64,000 nt of DNA from an uncultured delta proteobacterium (lineage in GTDB: Bacteria; Desulfobacterota; Binatia; DP-6), in assembly GCA_963815115.1 (NCBI GenBank), contig CAWFFN010000005.1:1216001-1280000 (forward strand), written 5' to 3'. How positions within the stretch are numbered: position 1 is the first letter of the stretch; every line of letters begins with the position of its first letter. The notes under the pieces were generated by a model. That model was not told where the DNA came from and ran no database searches. It saw only the letters and a program-made list of their open reading frames with translations. Below are positions 63,029 through 64,000 of this stretch, piece by piece. The position numbers were made by a program, and so were the translations under genes.

Positions 63029-63209
63029 TCCCCGGCCCATGAGGAGATAGCCAGAATCAGGAGTCAGGAGCCGCGCCGGGGGCTGTCACTTCGACGCGGT
63101 CTGTCCCGCTCGCCGCCTCGCGCACAAAGTGCCCGCGACGCGCCGGGGGACCCCCGGGCGACCCCGAGGAGCCACCGGAACCAACGGCCCCTACGAAGGA
63201 GTCTTTCTG

Positions 63210-64000
63210 ATGGTTCGATGGTTACTCACAGGAGCGCTGATCCTAGGCGGCCTGTGCCGGACCGCTCCGGCACAGCTCATTCCACCCCCGATCACCTCGA
63301 CGTTCGTCGGCTTCGAGGAGGTCTTCGGGGCGCCCGACGCGTTGTCGATGTTCCCGCTGACGACCGAGTACGCCGACCGCGGCGTGATCTTTTCCGGCTT
63401 TCCGGCCCAGAACGGTGGCGGCATCTTCGCTGCAGGCCAACAAGGCCCGCCGGAAATTGAAGGCAACAACATCATGCTGTTCGTCAGCGCGTTCCCGCTG
63501 CTGACCGGCGGACTCCCGCAGACGCCCGAGACCCTCACCTTCTACCCCCCCATCACCGCCTTCCAGTTCGACACCGGCACCGTCGGCATCAGCTGCGCGG
63601 ATGAGGACGCCGGCCTGGCGACCACGATGGTGCTGACGGTCCAGGGATTCGACGCCGGCGGCACGTTGGTCGGCTCGGCCACGCACCCGGTCGTCATCGA
63701 AGGTTCGACCGTCCAGCTCAGCTTCACGTCGCCGGCCGAGAAGGTCGTCATCACGAGCACCCACACGTGCGGACCGCCGAGCTTCCTCTTCCACGGCGTC
63801 GAGCTCTTCACGATGGACCGGGTTTCCTTCACGCCTGTCGCTTCGGCGGCGAGCAAGTGCGATCAGGGCACGATTGACGCCGCCGGCAAGAAGGCCAAGG
63901 CCGAGGCGAGCTGCTACTCCAAGGCGCTCCAGAAGGGCGTTCCGGTCGATGCCGCCTGCATCCAGAAGGCCGTTGACGCCTTCAACAAGGGCTTCACCAA
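63210..64000 (+). CDS. tandem paralog of 60650..62854 (runs off window)
   Basis: MVRWLLTGALILGGLC...; 63790-64000 reads identical to 61236-61446. Confidence 0.9.
   Translation, partial: MVRWLLTGALILGGLCRTAPAQLIPPPITSTFVGFEEVFGAPDALSMFPLTTEYADRGVIFSGFPAQNGGGIFAAGQQGPPEIEGNNIMLFVSAFPLLTGGLPQTPETLTFYPPITAFQFDTGTVGISCADEDAGLATTMVLTVQGFDAGGTLVGSATHPVVIEGSTVQLSFTSPAEKVVITSTHTCGPPSFLFHGVELFTMDRVSFTPVASAASKCDQGTIDAAGKKAKAEASCYSKALQKGVPVDAACIQKAVDAFNKGFT

Noticed and set aside
61220-63789. Diversity-generating retroelement TR/VR pair
   Set aside because: Mismatches are not adenine-specific, both copies are coding, and there is no reverse transcriptase in the window.

Overview
High-GC bacterial window, probably accessory and island-rich DNA. 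The gene content (Cys/Thr-rich secreted proteins, WS/DGATs, F420-type enzyme, P450) resembles Candidatus Binatia or a soil deltaproteobacterium; this is an inference. All family calls come from reading motifs by eye, with no database search. The main structural signal is six co-oriented tRNA 3' halves (Gly-GCC, Gly-CCC, 4x Ala-GGC), each starting at or next to the anticodon loop, with no intact tRNA seen. Several carry 11-bp-period tandem repeats about 100-110 bp away. They divide the window into modules, including a ~12.4 kb decayed island (truncated tyrosine integrase, DUF499 remnant, IS21 with a nested IS1380, IS3) and a 670-bp unit carrying only hicBA. Other notable items: a probable rhodanese-like selenoprotein that the ORF track truncates at its UGA; a DUF318 permease-SPFH fusion with hflC/hflK; an ars operon with arsI and pstS; a recurrent 4-Cys secreted domain; and tandem secreted paralogs sharing a promoter, a palindromic operator and a structured leader.
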